This document shows, one piece after another, positions 1-10,630 of a stretch of DNA of 64,000 nt. The notes beneath the pieces are model-generated. The model made no database searches. It had not been told where the DNA came from and saw only the letters and a program-made list of their open reading frames with translations. This stretch comes from Spirochaetales bacterium. Its GTDB lineage: Bacteria > Spirochaetota > Spirochaetia > SZUA-6 > DRHE01. How positions within the stretch are numbered: the first letter of the stretch is position 1; each line of letters opens with the position of its first letter. A program made the translations under genes and the position numbers. The stretch lies in contig JAUWZD010000003.1 of the NCBI GenBank assembly GCA_030615505.1, positions 5,736-69,735 on the forward strand, given 5' to 3'.

Positions 1-4
1 GCTT

Positions 5-736
5 ATGAAAGCCCTTATGGCTGAAACTGATAAGTACTTATACCCGCAGTTGGAAGATCTAATAGGCCAACGCTTAGACTATACATTTATCTCTTTCATA
101 CAGACCTACAGTATTCCTGCAGATAAATGCCGGAAAGAAAATCTTGCATTCTTAAAGCGTCTGCTTCAGAAACCCATGGCCAGAAGAGCCTTTTCAGATC
201 CTATTACGGCTGTGCTGTTCAACCTTTCGGACAGATATGTTGATGAATCCTTTTCGCTGAAACAGTATATCAACTTTGAATTGACCAAAGTCCAGAGACT
301 GCACATGAGTAAAGAAGAAATTAAGAATATGGTAAAAGCATCACTCCTGCTCAAAACGGGTATACACTTGCTAACCGTAGGGGATGCAGAAAGAAAACAA
401 GAACTGGTATCCGGGGTTGTACAGACTCAATTTGCTGAAAAGGCATTTACCGTACTCAAAGAGCAGTTAAAAATCCTGCCACCCGCTCTTCTAAAAAGCG
501 CGCTGAACAGTAATGTATCCTTTCAGGATAATAAAAATATTGAAGCTACTGCCCGTATAGCTTCCATCTTTGCCGCCCGGGCAAAAAATTATAAACAAAA
601 GATCAGAATTGACCGGGGTGCCAATACACCTGACAGAAGCTGGTTTAATATTGCCCGGAAAAACTATAAATATTATGGTTTCGATATTAAGATGCTGGAC
701 GAATTCTATAAAATTGCAGCGGAAAATGGATGGTAG
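5..736 (+). CDS. hypothetical protein (frame is open to the window edge, so possibly 5' truncated)
   Basis: 243-aa ORF with a 6-nt gap to the next gene on the same strand. I recognise no motif. Confidence 0.45.
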   Translation: MKALMAETDKYLYPQLEDLIGQRLDYTFISFIQTYSIPADKCRKENLAFLKRLLQKPMARRAFSDPITAVLFNLSDRYVDESFSLKQYINFELTKVQRLHMSKEEIKNMVKASLLLKTGIHLLTVGDAERKQELVSGVVQTQFAEKAFTVLKEQLKILPPALLKSALNSNVSFQDNKNIEATARIASIFAARAKNYKQKIRIDRGANTPDRSWFNIARKNYKYYGFDIKMLDEFYKIAAENGW

Positions 737-742
737 AAATAT

Positions 743-1873
743 ATGAGTAAGCGCGTTGTTAATTTTCTTGAGTCTTTAGTTATTACAGCTATTCTGCTGG
801 TTCTGATTCAGACCTTTTTTGAGGATTTTGCCATTCTGGCAGGATGGAAGTGGAGTATGCGCCAGAAAATTCTGCTTGCCGGGTTTTTCTTCGATCTGTT
901 CTTTACACTGGAGTTTTTAATAAGATTCTACTATGCGCTCATAAATAAAAGAAGCGTTCATTACATTATGCAGGAGAGGGGATGGATTGATTTTCTGGCC
1001 TCAGTGCCCCTGCTCATGTTTAGCTCGGGACCCATCGCCCTTGCCATTCTCACGGGAGAGGCGGCATTCTTAGGATTGGGAGGCATGCTGAATCTTCTAA
1101 AAGTTATTAAGGTAATCAGAATCGCCCGTGTCTTAAGATTTTTGCGTATTATCAAGATCTTCAGGCGAATTAAGAATGTTGAGTCTCCCATGGCACAGCG
1201 GCATGTGGCCTCTATTACCGCGATCAGTATAACGGTTTTAGTTTTCTCTCTCTTAGTGTTCTCAGTATTCTCCGGGAGTATGGGACTGGGTGGTCTCGAT
1301 TACTCCTTTTTCGATCACCACCAGAAAATCATAGCTAAACTTGATGCCAGTCATAACAACCCGGCTGACTTTGTCCGGGTCATGAGAGTATTTGAAAAAA
1401 CCGAAAAAAGCCTGCTTCTTGTGAAGTGCAGGGAAGAAACACGCTTCTCGCGCTATGGGAACGGTTATTATACCGATTTCTTTGGTCCGGGAGATTACAG
1501 CTATACTAAACAGGGTGATTTAGAGATATTTTTTGATCTGCGACCATATGTAAAGCAGCTATCCAGGGAAAGTCTATTGTTCTTTTTCATCGTCATTTTA
1601 ATTGTACTGGCTTACTTGATTATATACAGTCCGAATTTTGCTCTTACAGTCAGCGATCCGATCCATGTCATGCGTAAGGGACTGCAAGAGAAGAATTATA
1701 ATCTGGAGGTAAAGATCCCCGGAAAATATCAAAATGAGGACGTGTTCCAGCTTGCCAAATTGTACAATGAAAATTTTCTTCCCTTAAAGGATATAAGCAC
1801 TCAGGAAGAAGGTTCTATGCTCGATTTAAACAGCAGGGATATAAAGAACCTGCTTGAAGAGGAGAATTCCTGA
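743..1873 (+). CDS. voltage-sensor-domain (ion_trans S1-S4-like) membrane protein with C-terminal HAMP-like domain and no recognisable pore
   Basis: Four N-terminal TM helices. The fourth (KVIKVIRIARVLRFLRIIKIFRRIK) has Arg/Lys at every third position, the S4 signature. One more TM follows, then a ~105-aa loop lacking GYG/TxExW filter motifs, then a last TM followed by a HAMP-like segment (SDPIHVMRKGL...EDVFQLAKLYNENF). Confidence 0.6.
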   Translation: MSKRVVNFLESLVITAILLVLIQTFFEDFAILAGWKWSMRQKILLAGFFFDLFFTLEFLIRFYYALINKRSVHYIMQERGWIDFLASVPLLMFSSGPIALAILTGEAAFLGLGGMLNLLKVIKVIRIARVLRFLRIIKIFRRIKNVESPMAQRHVASITAISITVLVFSLLVFSVFSGSMGLGGLDYSFFDHHQKIIAKLDASHNNPADFVRVMRVFEKTEKSLLLVKCREETRFSRYGNGYYTDFFGPGDYSYTKQGDLEIFFDLRPYVKQLSRESLLFFFIVILIVLAYLIIYSPNFALTVSDPIHVMRKGLQEKNYNLEVKIPGKYQNEDVFQLAKLYNENFLPLKDISTQEEGSMLDLNSRDIKNLLEEENS

Positions 1874-1876
1874 TTC

Positions 1877-2164
1877 TTGGTCGTCTCAATTCTACATTTT
1901 ATTATTGATCTGCCCGATATTGACTCTATAAAAGAAAAGCGTCAGATCGTCTGCTCCGTTAAAGATCGAATTCAAAGAAAATTTAAAATCTCCATAGCCG
2001 AAGTGGATCTACAGGATTCATTAAGATTTGCCCAAATAGGAGCGGTTATTGTCTCTAACTCTAAAAAGTACGGAGAATCCGTGCTCCATAAGGTGCTTCA
2101 TTTTGCCGAGGAAACAGTTCCCGGAAGGATCAGGGACACAACCATCTTTTCGGAGTTTTATTAA
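1877..2164 (+). CDS. DUF503 (YlxP-like) family protein
   Basis: 95 aa with a TTG start. Pattern IDLPDIDSIKEKRQIV...ISIAEVDLQD...AQIGAVIVSNS matches the DUF503 consensus as I remember it. Confidence 0.6.
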   Translation: MVVSILHFIIDLPDIDSIKEKRQIVCSVKDRIQRKFKISIAEVDLQDSLRFAQIGAVIVSNSKKYGESVLHKVLHFAEETVPGRIRDTTIFSEFY

Positions 2165-2179
2165 CCCTTACGCTACAGT

Positions 2180-2875
2180 CTATTTGTCTGGATTGAGGTA
2201 AAGGTCTTTCATAGAATGCACCCGGTCACCACTGCCTAATTCTAAAAAACTGCCCCTTGCCTCTAAACTCACAGTAAAATAGTGGTGAAAGATCTCATAA
2301 TCATCTTCATCAACCAGGATTTCCAGCTCGACCTGACTCTTCTGCCCTACAAATTCAGCGCTTTTAGGATATGGCCAGAAAGAAAAGATTCCGGCTGTGG
2401 GCGGAACACATAAATAGGGGTTCTGCCAGTTGAAATCGACCATCTTAACCAGCTTGCCATTTTCTAGCAGTGATATTTTAACTCCACACATTGGCTCAAA
2501 ATTAACACTATTAAAAAACCTGCCGGTAATATGTGGGAAATTGAAGAACGGACCTTTTGGCATAGATACTTCCTTTTCCTGCTCATGGGGGAAATGGGGC
2601 CTTTTGGCTGCCATAACATGTTCAATTCCCTGGCGAATTTGGGATACTAAATCCGCCTCCCTTTGAAGTCTTTCCTTGTAATCGGTCTGAAAATAAGCTA
2701 ATCCTCTGCCGGATATCATATAAACAGGTTTTATCCTGTTCAGTACATAACATGCCACATCCATACGACACTGGGAACATGTACAGAATCCGCTTTCCTC
2801 CCTGGTCTCTTCCTCCTGGAAAAACTCATGCACCTTTTCCAACACAATATCTTCCATCATATTATGTATTCTCAT
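2180..2875 (-). CDS. ComFB-domain protein with ~130-aa C-terminal extension
   Basis: N-terminus EDIVLEKV...CTCSQCRMDVACYVLNRIKPVY is the ComFB Cys motif (CxCxxC...LN..kP.Y). Confidence 0.6.
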   Translation of the reverse strand: MRIHNMMEDIVLEKVHEFFQEEETREESGFCTCSQCRMDVACYVLNRIKPVYMISGRGLAYFQTDYKERLQREADLVSQIRQGIEHVMAAKRPHFPHEQEKEVSMPKGPFFNFPHITGRFFNSVNFEPMCGVKISLLENGKLVKMVDFNWQNPYLCVPPTAGIFSFWPYPKSAEFVGQKSQVELEILVDEDDYEIFHHYFTVSLEARGSFLELGSGDRVHSMKDLYLNPDK

Positions 2876-2889
2876 GGCTTACCCCGTTT

Positions 2890-3339
2890 TTATTGTTTTT
2901 CTTCTTTGAAAATTTGCATAAGATCCGTAATGGCTTCAACGCACTGTCTGAACTCTCTTACAGTATCTTTAAGCGAGCTGTAGTTTAATCCTGAATAATA
3001 TATCTTGGCAAAAACGGAAAAGGCAATTTCCTTCCTGCTCGTTTGAATGTTTACATAAGATCCATATTCGTAACATACCTTGAGCATCTCTTCTAATCGG
3101 CTTTTCACAAAATCAGCCATGGAAGGTGAAAATGAAAATGTGTAAGCAACCTCCAAAAACTTGCTAGATCGATCAATAAAAAAGCCACCCTGCAAACCTT
3201 CCTTATTTTCAAAACCTGCTGAAAAGGTTTCATTAGTACGCTCTGTCTCGAGAATTTTATAGCCGAGCTCCTTAAAGAGGATTATAACGCGCCTGATTCG
3301 CTCTTCCATCACCTTTGAATTCTTCATAGAACCCCTCAT
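2890..3339 (-). CDS. hypothetical protein
   Basis: ORF 2890..3399. I place the start at the internal ATG 3339, which lies just after the stop of the upstream gene (3347). Confidence 0.45.
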   Translation of the reverse strand: MRGSMKNSKVMEERIRRVIILFKELGYKILETERTNETFSAGFENKEGLQGGFFIDRSSKFLEVAYTFSFSPSMADFVKSRLEEMLKVCYEYGSYVNIQTSRKEIAFSVFAKIYYSGLNYSSLKDTVREFRQCVEAITDLMQIFKEEKQ

Positions 3340-3346
3340 ATATATA

Positions 3347-4081
3347 TCACTTTCCCAATGCCAGTCTTTCCGCCAGAAATCGTGGCAAACCCGCATCAAG
3401 AATTTTTTTCTGTGTTTCTTTCAGGGGATACGGTATTCTGAAATGCTCGTATGTGCTATTTTCATCATCAAAGATACCAAATGAAGCCAGTGGAATTCCA
3501 TCTCGGGCTTGTCCAACCGAACCGGGATTAATTAAATAGCATCGTTTCTCTTCAGGGCTAAAAACCGGAGGTGGAGTATAGGCTCTGCCGTTTTCCTCGA
3601 TAATGGCCGGAATATGTGTATGCCCGAAGAAACAAATCTTTATATCCGGATAATATGTGTTAATGTACTGAAAGCTCTCCTCGACTGTACTTTCATATAA
3701 TATATATAAATCTTCGTCCATCGGCGAACCGTGACATATGAGAAATTTTTCTTCTATTAACAATGGTCCTTTTTTCAGCTCTTTTAATTGGGTTATATTT
3801 TTTTCTTTCAAGCTCTTACGTGTCCAGCGAATAGCTTTTCCGGCAACTTCGTTGAAACATCCTGTACTTACGAGACCGGAAACTGCCTTATCATGATTAC
3901 CTCGAATCATATCATCTGCCCGAACAAAAATCTTATCCATACAGATTTGCGGATCTGCATTATAACCCACGATATCACCCAGGCAGATAATTTTTTCTGC
4001 TTCCAGGACATCAATCTTCCTTAGAACCTCAGAAAATGCTTCCCAGTTACTGTGGATATCACTCAGGATGGCGAACCGCAT
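3347..4081 (-). CDS. metallophosphoesterase (YfcE/MJ0936-like)
   Basis: Motifs SDIHSN, GDIVGY, GNHD and GHTH occur in canonical order. Confidence 0.8.
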   Translation of the reverse strand: MRFAILSDIHSNWEAFSEVLRKIDVLEAEKIICLGDIVGYNADPQICMDKIFVRADDMIRGNHDKAVSGLVSTGCFNEVAGKAIRWTRKSLKEKNITQLKELKKGPLLIEEKFLICHGSPMDEDLYILYESTVEESFQYINTYYPDIKICFFGHTHIPAIIEENGRAYTPPPVFSPEEKRCYLINPGSVGQARDGIPLASFGIFDDENSTYEHFRIPYPLKETQKKILDAGLPRFLAERLALGK

Positions 4082-4176
4082 CAGCCACTCTATTCCAGAA
4101 TTGCTCTTGATTCAAGCAGATAGAAAGATAACTTAGAGTTAATAGACAAGGGTGAAAGCGCCCCTGTTATAATCAC

Positions 4177-5475
4177 TTATAAGCCCTTCTCCAATATTTC
4201 TATCCCACCCATTTTTTTTAAGGCTCCTATAATCTCCTCATCCCGTCTAGAAATTAAAGAGATGCAGCGCAGGGAACTGGTGAATCCCTCAACAACCCTT
4301 TTATCAAATACGGTATCGGATTCCTTAAAACTGCCCCCTCCTCTTCCTTCGGAATCAAGTACCGGCAGATCAATTTCAAATGAAATCGGTTCGGGGATAT
4401 CTATAATAATCTCCTCGGGTGAAATATTTTTACCGAGACTCTTTCCAACCTCTTTACTGAGTATCTCTTCGAACCGTGATCTTTCCTCAAGGTTGATTAA
4501 ATATGTATGAAACGGGTTTTCCGATGAAAATGTAATTCTGTACAGGGCTTTATAGAGCTTGCGCTGTGTGACATACCTGATCATCCTGAAGGGTGGATAA
4601 TCAAAAGAATCGGTAAATTCAATAAAGTCCCGGTCATCCAGCCAGTAAAGGCTTTGGGGTTGAATAATACCCGCGGACAATCCCATGAGTATGGCCTTTT
4701 TGATCATCGCGGTAGCGATCCGTACGGTTTTATGCCAATATACTGCCCTGTACATCAAGTATTTTGAAAATAGAATGCTTTCTACTGCGGTTAGTCCCTT
4801 CTGAGAGATGGCCAGGCCGCAGCTATGATGCGGATAAATTTCATTCAGTATGAAATCCACATCCTGCATACCGTAGGGGATTCCGCAAAAGTAGGCATCC
4901 CGGTTCATATAATCCAGTTTGTCAGGATCAAGCACTCCGGACAGCAGACTGCGAAAGAATTTAATATTCTCTGATCCACTATAATCCAGGGAAGGATCGA
5001 TGATGGAGGCGACTAAGAAGGGATCAGCACCCACTTCCGCTTTAATAAGGGTGGAAAAATCATCCTCGCATATCCTATTAGCAGTTAAGGATTCATGGCT
5101 CTCCACCTCAAGTTCTTTAAGAGAATGGGCATAGGGATAGTGTCCTAAATCGTGTAGTAAGGCAGCACAGAGAAAAGCCTTAACTCCGTGTATAGTACAA
5201 CCCGGAATAGCTTCCTTTTTTAGCAGATGAGTTATCATCCGGTGAGCAATATGAAATACTCCCAGGCTGTGACTCAAGCGGGTGTGTGTGGCTCCGGGAT
5301 AGACCAAATAGGACGGACCAAGCTGTTTTATACCGTTCAGCTTTTGAAATGCGGGTATGGCCATCAGCTTCAATAGAGAATTTGACAGGGATATGTTCTT
5401 CCAGATCGGGTCTCTGAGTGGTTCAGAATAATCCTGGTTGAGATGCCTGAGCACCTCCTCCCTTTCGTCCAACAT
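4177..5475 (-). CDS. HD-domain phosphohydrolase (dNTP triphosphohydrolase-like)
   Basis: HSLGVFH ... LLHDLGHYPYAH ... DKLDYMNRD. The track start at 5511 is TTG and the first ATG is at 5475, so the start is uncertain. Confidence 0.7.
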   Translation of the reverse strand: MLDEREEVLRHLNQDYSEPLRDPIWKNISLSNSLLKLMAIPAFQKLNGIKQLGPSYLVYPGATHTRLSHSLGVFHIAHRMITHLLKKEAIPGCTIHGVKAFLCAALLHDLGHYPYAHSLKELEVESHESLTANRICEDDFSTLIKAEVGADPFLVASIIDPSLDYSGSENIKFFRSLLSGVLDPDKLDYMNRDAYFCGIPYGMQDVDFILNEIYPHHSCGLAISQKGLTAVESILFSKYLMYRAVYWHKTVRIATAMIKKAILMGLSAGIIQPQSLYWLDDRDFIEFTDSFDYPPFRMIRYVTQRKLYKALYRITFSSENPFHTYLINLEERSRFEEILSKEVGKSLGKNISPEEIIIDIPEPISFEIDLPVLDSEGRGGGSFKESDTVFDKRVVEGFTSSLRCISLISRRDEEIIGALKKMGGIEILEKGL

Positions 5476-5553
5476 CTTCCATAAATATACTGAAATGTAT
5501 ATAATTCTCAATAATATGTTTGATTATTTTATCTTATTTTGATAGAAATTAGT

Positions 5554-6243
5554 GTGAGAAAGTGGTCATGTGCCATACTAATTCTGCTTCTCTCATTGTC
5601 TTCCTGCAGAAAACGGGAATCCCCATCGGATGAGCCAATGCCCACCAGTACTGCACGAGAGCTTTTAAAAATTAAACCTAAAAGAGAAATAACCCTGACT
5701 AAAGAAGAAACTAAAGCAGGAGAGACCGCCGGTGTTCAGAAAACAGAAGAGATTAAAGATCTGCTTCTCCTTATAACTGAAAGGCGCACTCTGCCTGAAG
5801 ACTTTAAGATCGGCAGGCTCCAGGATATACTTGAAGGGAGCAGAGATCAAAAAGGGATAATCTCAGCAGCACAGAAATTCCTGGAAGCTTTGGCCAAAGG
5901 TAAGATTGAGGAAGACAGTCTGCTGCAAAGCAAAAGAGAGAGGATCTCCCACTCTCTCTCCTACTTTATAGAGCAGAAAATCTTACTGAAATCTTACCGT
6001 CTCGGTCATGTTTCCCTTCAGGAAGAGGAAACTTCCGATGGATCTGGAATCGGGAACAGCGCTTCTATGAATATCAGATTGTTTGGAGAAGTTGGGGTAA
6101 GCGAGGGAGAATTATACTTCTCCAGGCACGATATGAAATGGTATATTGAAGATATCCTGATCAGCCTGGAGCTTTTAAGCCAAAGCTACTCAAGGCAAGA
6201 GGAAAAGTTCATACCGTCGCCCTATAACTGGAGAAATCCATGA
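5554..6243 (+). CDS. putative lipoprotein
   Basis: A GTG start at 5554 gives MRKWSCAILILLLSLSSC, a signal peptide plus lipobox. The track TTG start at 5539 is also possible. Confidence 0.5.
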   Translation: MRKWSCAILILLLSLSSCRKRESPSDEPMPTSTARELLKIKPKREITLTKEETKAGETAGVQKTEEIKDLLLLITERRTLPEDFKIGRLQDILEGSRDQKGIISAAQKFLEALAKGKIEEDSLLQSKRERISHSLSYFIEQKILLKSYRLGHVSLQEEETSDGSGIGNSASMNIRLFGEVGVSEGELYFSRHDMKWYIEDILISLELLSQSYSRQEEKFIPSPYNWRNP

Positions 6244-6791
6244 CCAAAAAAGAAGCGGAAGAGCTTCTCAATCAATACATAAGCAGTAACTGGCTGAAAA
6301 AACACAGTATTGCAACTGCTGCCGTGATGGCCGCCCTGGCAGAGAGACTTAAACAGGATGTTGAGACCTGGTGGATTATTGGTATGATTCATGATCTTGA
6401 CTTTGATATGACCCAGGACCCTGCTGTTCACGGGAAAAAAACGGCTGAAATCCTTAAAAAGCGCGGAGAGTCGGAGGAGACTATACATGCCATCATGGCT
6501 CATAATGCCGAAGGACTTGGTATAGTGCGTGAAACAACTTTAGATTACGCCCTAACCTGTGGAGAGAGCATTACAGGGCTAATTGTAGCCACCGCCTTAG
6601 TCATGCCGGATAAGAAGCTATCCTCCGTTAAACCCTCTTCAGTAATAAAGCGGATGAAAAAAAAGGATTTTGCCCGTAAAGTATCACGGGAATGTATAAT
6701 GCTCTGTGAGAGGATAGGACTCGATATTGAAGAGTTTGCAGAGATATCAGTCAGGGCTATGCAGAATGTTTCCGGTGAATTAGGATTATAG
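6240..6791 (+). CDS. HD-domain hydrolase (COG2316-like)
   Basis: KKHSIATAAVM...IGMIHDLDFD gives the H...HD metal-binding pattern. ATGA overlap with the upstream gene. Confidence 0.6.
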   Translation: MTKKEAEELLNQYISSNWLKKHSIATAAVMAALAERLKQDVETWWIIGMIHDLDFDMTQDPAVHGKKTAEILKKRGESEETIHAIMAHNAEGLGIVRETTLDYALTCGESITGLIVATALVMPDKKLSSVKPSSVIKRMKKKDFARKVSRECIMLCERIGLDIEEFAEISVRAMQNVSGELGL

Positions 6792-6792
6792 A

Positions 6793-8247
6793 ATGAAACG
6801 GTACATGATCATTCTATTACTGCTTGGCAGTATTATTTTTCTAATGGCCAGTGCACTGGATGATATTGACCGTGCCGTAGAGAGCCTGGGAAGCTTTGTT
6901 ACTCGTTCTATTCCCGATAGAGCCGCTCAAACAATAACAGTTACTCCTTTCCTCTCCGATAAGAGTGGAAGAATTCTTTTGGGTGAGCGGTTGAAGAGTG
7001 AGCTGGAATTGTATCTTGCCGGAAATTTTAAAAATACTCATATTGTGGATCAACCGGAAGGATTCAACAACTACACCCTCAAGGGTGAAATTCAGGTCTA
7101 TTCAGAGAAAATACGGATCATAGTTAAGATAATAAAGCCTGACGGCTCCCTTGGAGGAGGCTCGAAGATTGATTTGCAGTCAACGCCCGAATTAAAAGCA
7201 CTTCTATACACATCTTTAGGACCGGCGGGCATAATTTTTAAGCCTGGAGAGGACCCCTACGAGCCGGACGATCTAGCAGGTTATGAGGTTATGGTGGAAG
7301 AGGGTGATGTCAGCAGATTTGAGCGATTTCTTAATCCTGGAGATATTGACCGGTTCAGGTTCTACATTCCTTTACAAAGCACCGTGTTTTTAGAAACTAT
7401 TACTCCCCTTGAAACACAGCTCCTCATCTATAGAGAAGGAGAAACTATTCCATTTTTAGTTTATGACAATGAGGCAGGCTCCGGTTCATTACGTGTTGAA
7501 ACCAGGCTTGAAGAGGGCTACTACATTGTAGAGGTTTTAGCCTATGATTTTAATATCGAGGGCGCCTATACCCTGGTGATCAATCTGGCGGACAGAGCCA
7601 AAGATGAGTTTGAACCGGATGACAGTATTGAGGAGGCATCAGCCATAAGGCCAGGGAGCAGACAGGAACGATCACTTCTCTCCGGTGATATAGATTGGGT
7701 TGAGCTTTCCTATCGTTTACCCGGCTTCTACACGATCTATACTATTGGCTCACAGATCGATACTATCATTTCTCTCTATCTTGATGAGTACAGGGAAATC
7801 CTGAGTGACGATGACAGCGGAGAACTATTCAACTCCCATATGGGTCTTTTTTTAGGTACGCGGAGAATCTTCTCCAGAATTTCCAGCAAGGACCTAAAGG
7901 ACTCAGGTTCATACACCCTCATATTTGAAGAGCTGAAACCACTGCAGATATATCCCAACGGCATTGTTCATAAATTCGCAGGTCAGGAGCAGCCATATTA
8001 TTTAAAATTACGGATATTACAATCCGGCAACTATGTAATTATGAAGAGCGGGCAAATTAATCCCGTAAGTATTGAAATATATTCCCTTCCCAATATGATA
8101 CCCGAAGAGAGTCCCACAGGCTCCCTCTTTTTTCTTTCCACCGGGGATTACCTGATTACCCTAAAGGGGAGGGAAGAAGAGACTATCAGGCTGTGTGTTG
8201 CGCCGGAGGCGGAAGCAGGCAACTGTGAAAGGATCATCAAAGAATAA
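6793..8247 (+). CDS. secreted protein with two PPC (pre-peptidase C-terminal)-like domains
   Basis: N-terminal signal-like helix. The signature is repeated: YEPDD...GDIDRFRF and FEPDDSIEEA...SGDIDWVEL. Confidence 0.45.
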   Translation: MKRYMIILLLLGSIIFLMASALDDIDRAVESLGSFVTRSIPDRAAQTITVTPFLSDKSGRILLGERLKSELELYLAGNFKNTHIVDQPEGFNNYTLKGEIQVYSEKIRIIVKIIKPDGSLGGGSKIDLQSTPELKALLYTSLGPAGIIFKPGEDPYEPDDLAGYEVMVEEGDVSRFERFLNPGDIDRFRFYIPLQSTVFLETITPLETQLLIYREGETIPFLVYDNEAGSGSLRVETRLEEGYYIVEVLAYDFNIEGAYTLVINLADRAKDEFEPDDSIEEASAIRPGSRQERSLLSGDIDWVELSYRLPGFYTIYTIGSQIDTIISLYLDEYREILSDDDSGELFNSHMGLFLGTRRIFSRISSKDLKDSGSYTLIFEELKPLQIYPNGIVHKFAGQEQPYYLKLRILQSGNYVIMKSGQINPVSIEIYSLPNMIPEESPTGSLFFLSTGDYLITLKGREEETIRLCVAPEAEAGNCERIIKE

Positions 8248-8250
8248 AAA

Positions 8251-9516
8251 ATGGGAATAAAGGTTGGCAGAATCGTAAAAGAGTTCGTATTTAATTCTCT
8301 TATAGACCAGGAAATTGAGATAGAAATTCATGGAAATAAAAAAGAACTTACCGGAATAATTACCTCTGTGGAAGAGGACATCCTTTCTTTAAACATCATC
8401 CGGGGAGAACTGAAAAGTTTCAGCGCAGGAGAAAGTGTCAGAATCTTTTTCTTCTTTCAAAACAATTACCATACCTTTGATTCGATAATTGTTGAAATAG
8501 AGGAAAGCCTTCTCAAAATACAACATCCGGACGGGGTTTATAAAAATCCTCAGCGTAAATTCGAACGGATCAAGATAACAGAGCAGATCCAGGTCTTTTT
8601 TACACTTAAAGGAAAAAAAGTAGAACTGAATTTCCCTGAGTCCCGGCAGAAAAATACGATGGCAGAACCGGAAGTCCCTGAAGATTTTGATTTTTCAAGC
8701 ATCCAGGAACTGAATAAAAATTTCCGGAAAAAGATGTCGGAGTCTGTCTCCTATAACCAAGTTAGAATGCTCCGAAATAAAATTCCATCTTCATATGAGG
8801 AAAAAGTAATGGTGGCCACTGGGAAAATTGTATGGATACCATCCTCCGAGGAGGACTTTCCCTTTAAGGATCCCTTTCCGGATAAACGTGTAATCACTAA
8901 AAGAGAATTAGTAAAGTATGAGGAATCTTTCGATACCCCTGCTTATATTATTACCAGCAAGTTGGGAAACCTTCTCTATGAAAAACAGAAGAAAAAGATA
9001 TTTTCTGAAGTTTACTGCCCGATCCTCTACAATCAGTACATAATCGGCTATATCTACTGTGTCAACAGAGATGAAAAGAAGGAAAAGATCTCCGGTGAAT
9101 TGGTTGATTATATATATCAGTTTTCCAAGGTATTAAGCTACTCATTGCAGCTCAGCGGCTATTTCTCAACTGAAACGGGAGGGGAGAGCCGTTATGAGGC
9201 TACGATTCTTGAAATGAGCGCTTCGGGTCTGCTCTTCTGCTATCCCGGAGAGGAACTGGCCAAAGACCTAATAATTCATACGGACCTGGATTTAACCATC
9301 AAGCTTCAAGACCGCAGCATTGTCATCGGCTCCCGGGTAAGGAGAAAATTCAAGGATAAAGAGTTTTACTACTACGGTGTTCAATTCCTTAAACTCGATC
9401 CGGACGATTTTAACTTCATCTTTGAAATGCTGTATGGCCGACCTATCTCCGCCGATGAAGAGGATAGGTGGGAGGGAGGAGCTCCTCCCCCACCCCTGGA
9501 TTTATTTGGCGAGTAG
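8251..9516 (+). CDS. PilZ-domain-like protein (YcgR/flagellar-brake architecture)
   Basis: C-terminal ...[11 protein letters not shown] resembles the D/NxSxxG half of the PilZ motif, and RKFERIKI occurs mid-protein. Weak motif-level call. Confidence 0.35.
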   Translation: MGIKVGRIVKEFVFNSLIDQEIEIEIHGNKKELTGIITSVEEDILSLNIIRGELKSFSAGESVRIFFFFQNNYHTFDSIIVEIEESLLKIQHPDGVYKNPQRKFERIKITEQIQVFFTLKGKKVELNFPESRQKNTMAEPEVPEDFDFSSIQELNKNFRKKMSESVSYNQVRMLRNKIPSSYEEKVMVATGKIVWIPSSEEDFPFKDPFPDKRVITKRELVKYEESFDTPAYIITSKLGNLLYEKQKKKIFSEVYCPILYNQYIIGYIYCVNRDEKKEKISGELVDYIYQFSKVLSYSLQLSGYFSTETGGESRYEATILEMSASGLLFCYPGEELAKDLIIHTDLDLTIKLQDRSIVIGSRVRRKFKDKEFYYYGVQFLKLDPDDFNFIFEMLYGRPISADEEDRWEGGAPPPPLDLFGE

Positions 9517-9517
9517 G

Positions 9518-10627
9518 ATGTACGCCTATATTATTCGCAGGTTGCTTCTTATTATCCCAACCTTGTTTGGAATCATGCTAATCAATTTTTTTGTAATACA
9601 GGTTGTGCCGGGCGGGCCTGTTGAGCAAATGATCGCTCAACTTTCAGGCGTTGCGGTGGAAGCTACTGCCCGTTTCTCCGGCATGGGAGAAACCGGCAAA
9701 TTGCAGCAAGAACAATCACTTCAAGATAGGTCCGGCGTTGAAAGTAAATACCGCGGTGCCAGAGGTCTGGATCCCGCGTTCATTAAAGAAATTGAAAAGA
9801 TGTACGGGCTGGATAAGCCAATCCATATCCGCTTTTTTAATATGATAATAAAGTACATAACCTTCGACTTTGGTGAGAGCTTTTACCAGAACCGTAAGGT
9901 TGTTGATTTAGTGTTAGACAAAATGCCTGTTTCGATCTCTTTAGGACTTTGGACCACCATACTTGTCTACCTTATATCTATACCACTTGGGATCGCCAAG
10001 GCTGTTCGGGATGGTACAAAATTCGACCTGGCGACCAGCGGTGTCATAACTGTCGCTTATGCAATTCCGAGTTACTTATTCGCTATTCTATTAATCGTAC
10101 TTTTCTCAGGCGGGCGATACTTCAACTGGTTTCCATTGCGGGGGATTGTCTCTGCAAACTGGAGAGAGCTTAGTTTTTTTGGTAAGATCATTGATTATTT
10201 CTGGCATATGGCCTTACCTGTCCTGGCAATGGTCATTGGCGGCTTTGCCGGGCTCACCATGCTGACGAAGAATTTCTTCATCGACCAGATAAAACAACAG
10301 TATGTAACGACAGCCCGGGCGAAGGGACTGACTGAAAGAAGAGTGCTGTACGGTCATGTCTTTCGTAATGCAATGCTTTTAATCATTGCCGGTTTACCGA
10401 GTGCTTTCATTAGTATTCTATTTACCGGTTCTCTTCTTATAGAAGTGATTTTCTCGCTTGACGGCCTGGGGCTTCTAGGTTTCGAAGCGGCACTCAAACG
10501 AGATTACCCTGTGATGTTTGCATCCTTGTATTTCTTCTCTCTATTAGGTCTCGTTATGCGTATCATTGGAGACCTTATGTACGTTGTAATTGATCCTCGA
10601 ATTGATTTCGAATCAAGGAAAGTTTAA
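9518..10627 (+). CDS. yejB: ABC peptide/microcin-type transporter permease (YejB-like)
   Basis: [24 protein letters not shown] is the typical OppB/YejB N-terminus. The ATG at 9518 lies directly after the upstream stop. Confidence 0.8.
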   Translation: MYAYIIRRLLLIIPTLFGIMLINFFVIQVVPGGPVEQMIAQLSGVAVEATARFSGMGETGKLQQEQSLQDRSGVESKYRGARGLDPAFIKEIEKMYGLDKPIHIRFFNMIIKYITFDFGESFYQNRKVVDLVLDKMPVSISLGLWTTILVYLISIPLGIAKAVRDGTKFDLATSGVITVAYAIPSYLFAILLIVLFSGGRYFNWFPLRGIVSANWRELSFFGKIIDYFWHMALPVLAMVIGGFAGLTMLTKNFFIDQIKQQYVTTARAKGLTERRVLYGHVFRNAMLLIIAGLPSAFISILFTGSLLIEVIFSLDGLGLLGFEAALKRDYPVMFASLYFFSLLGLVMRIIGDLMYVVIDPRIDFESRKV

Positions 10628-10630
10628 TTT

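Noticed and set aside
9377-9517. N-terminal 47-codon extension of the yejB-like ORF in the track
   Set aside because: It overlaps the 3' end of the preceding gene in another frame. The canonical permease N-terminus starts at the ATG at 9518, right after that gene's stop.
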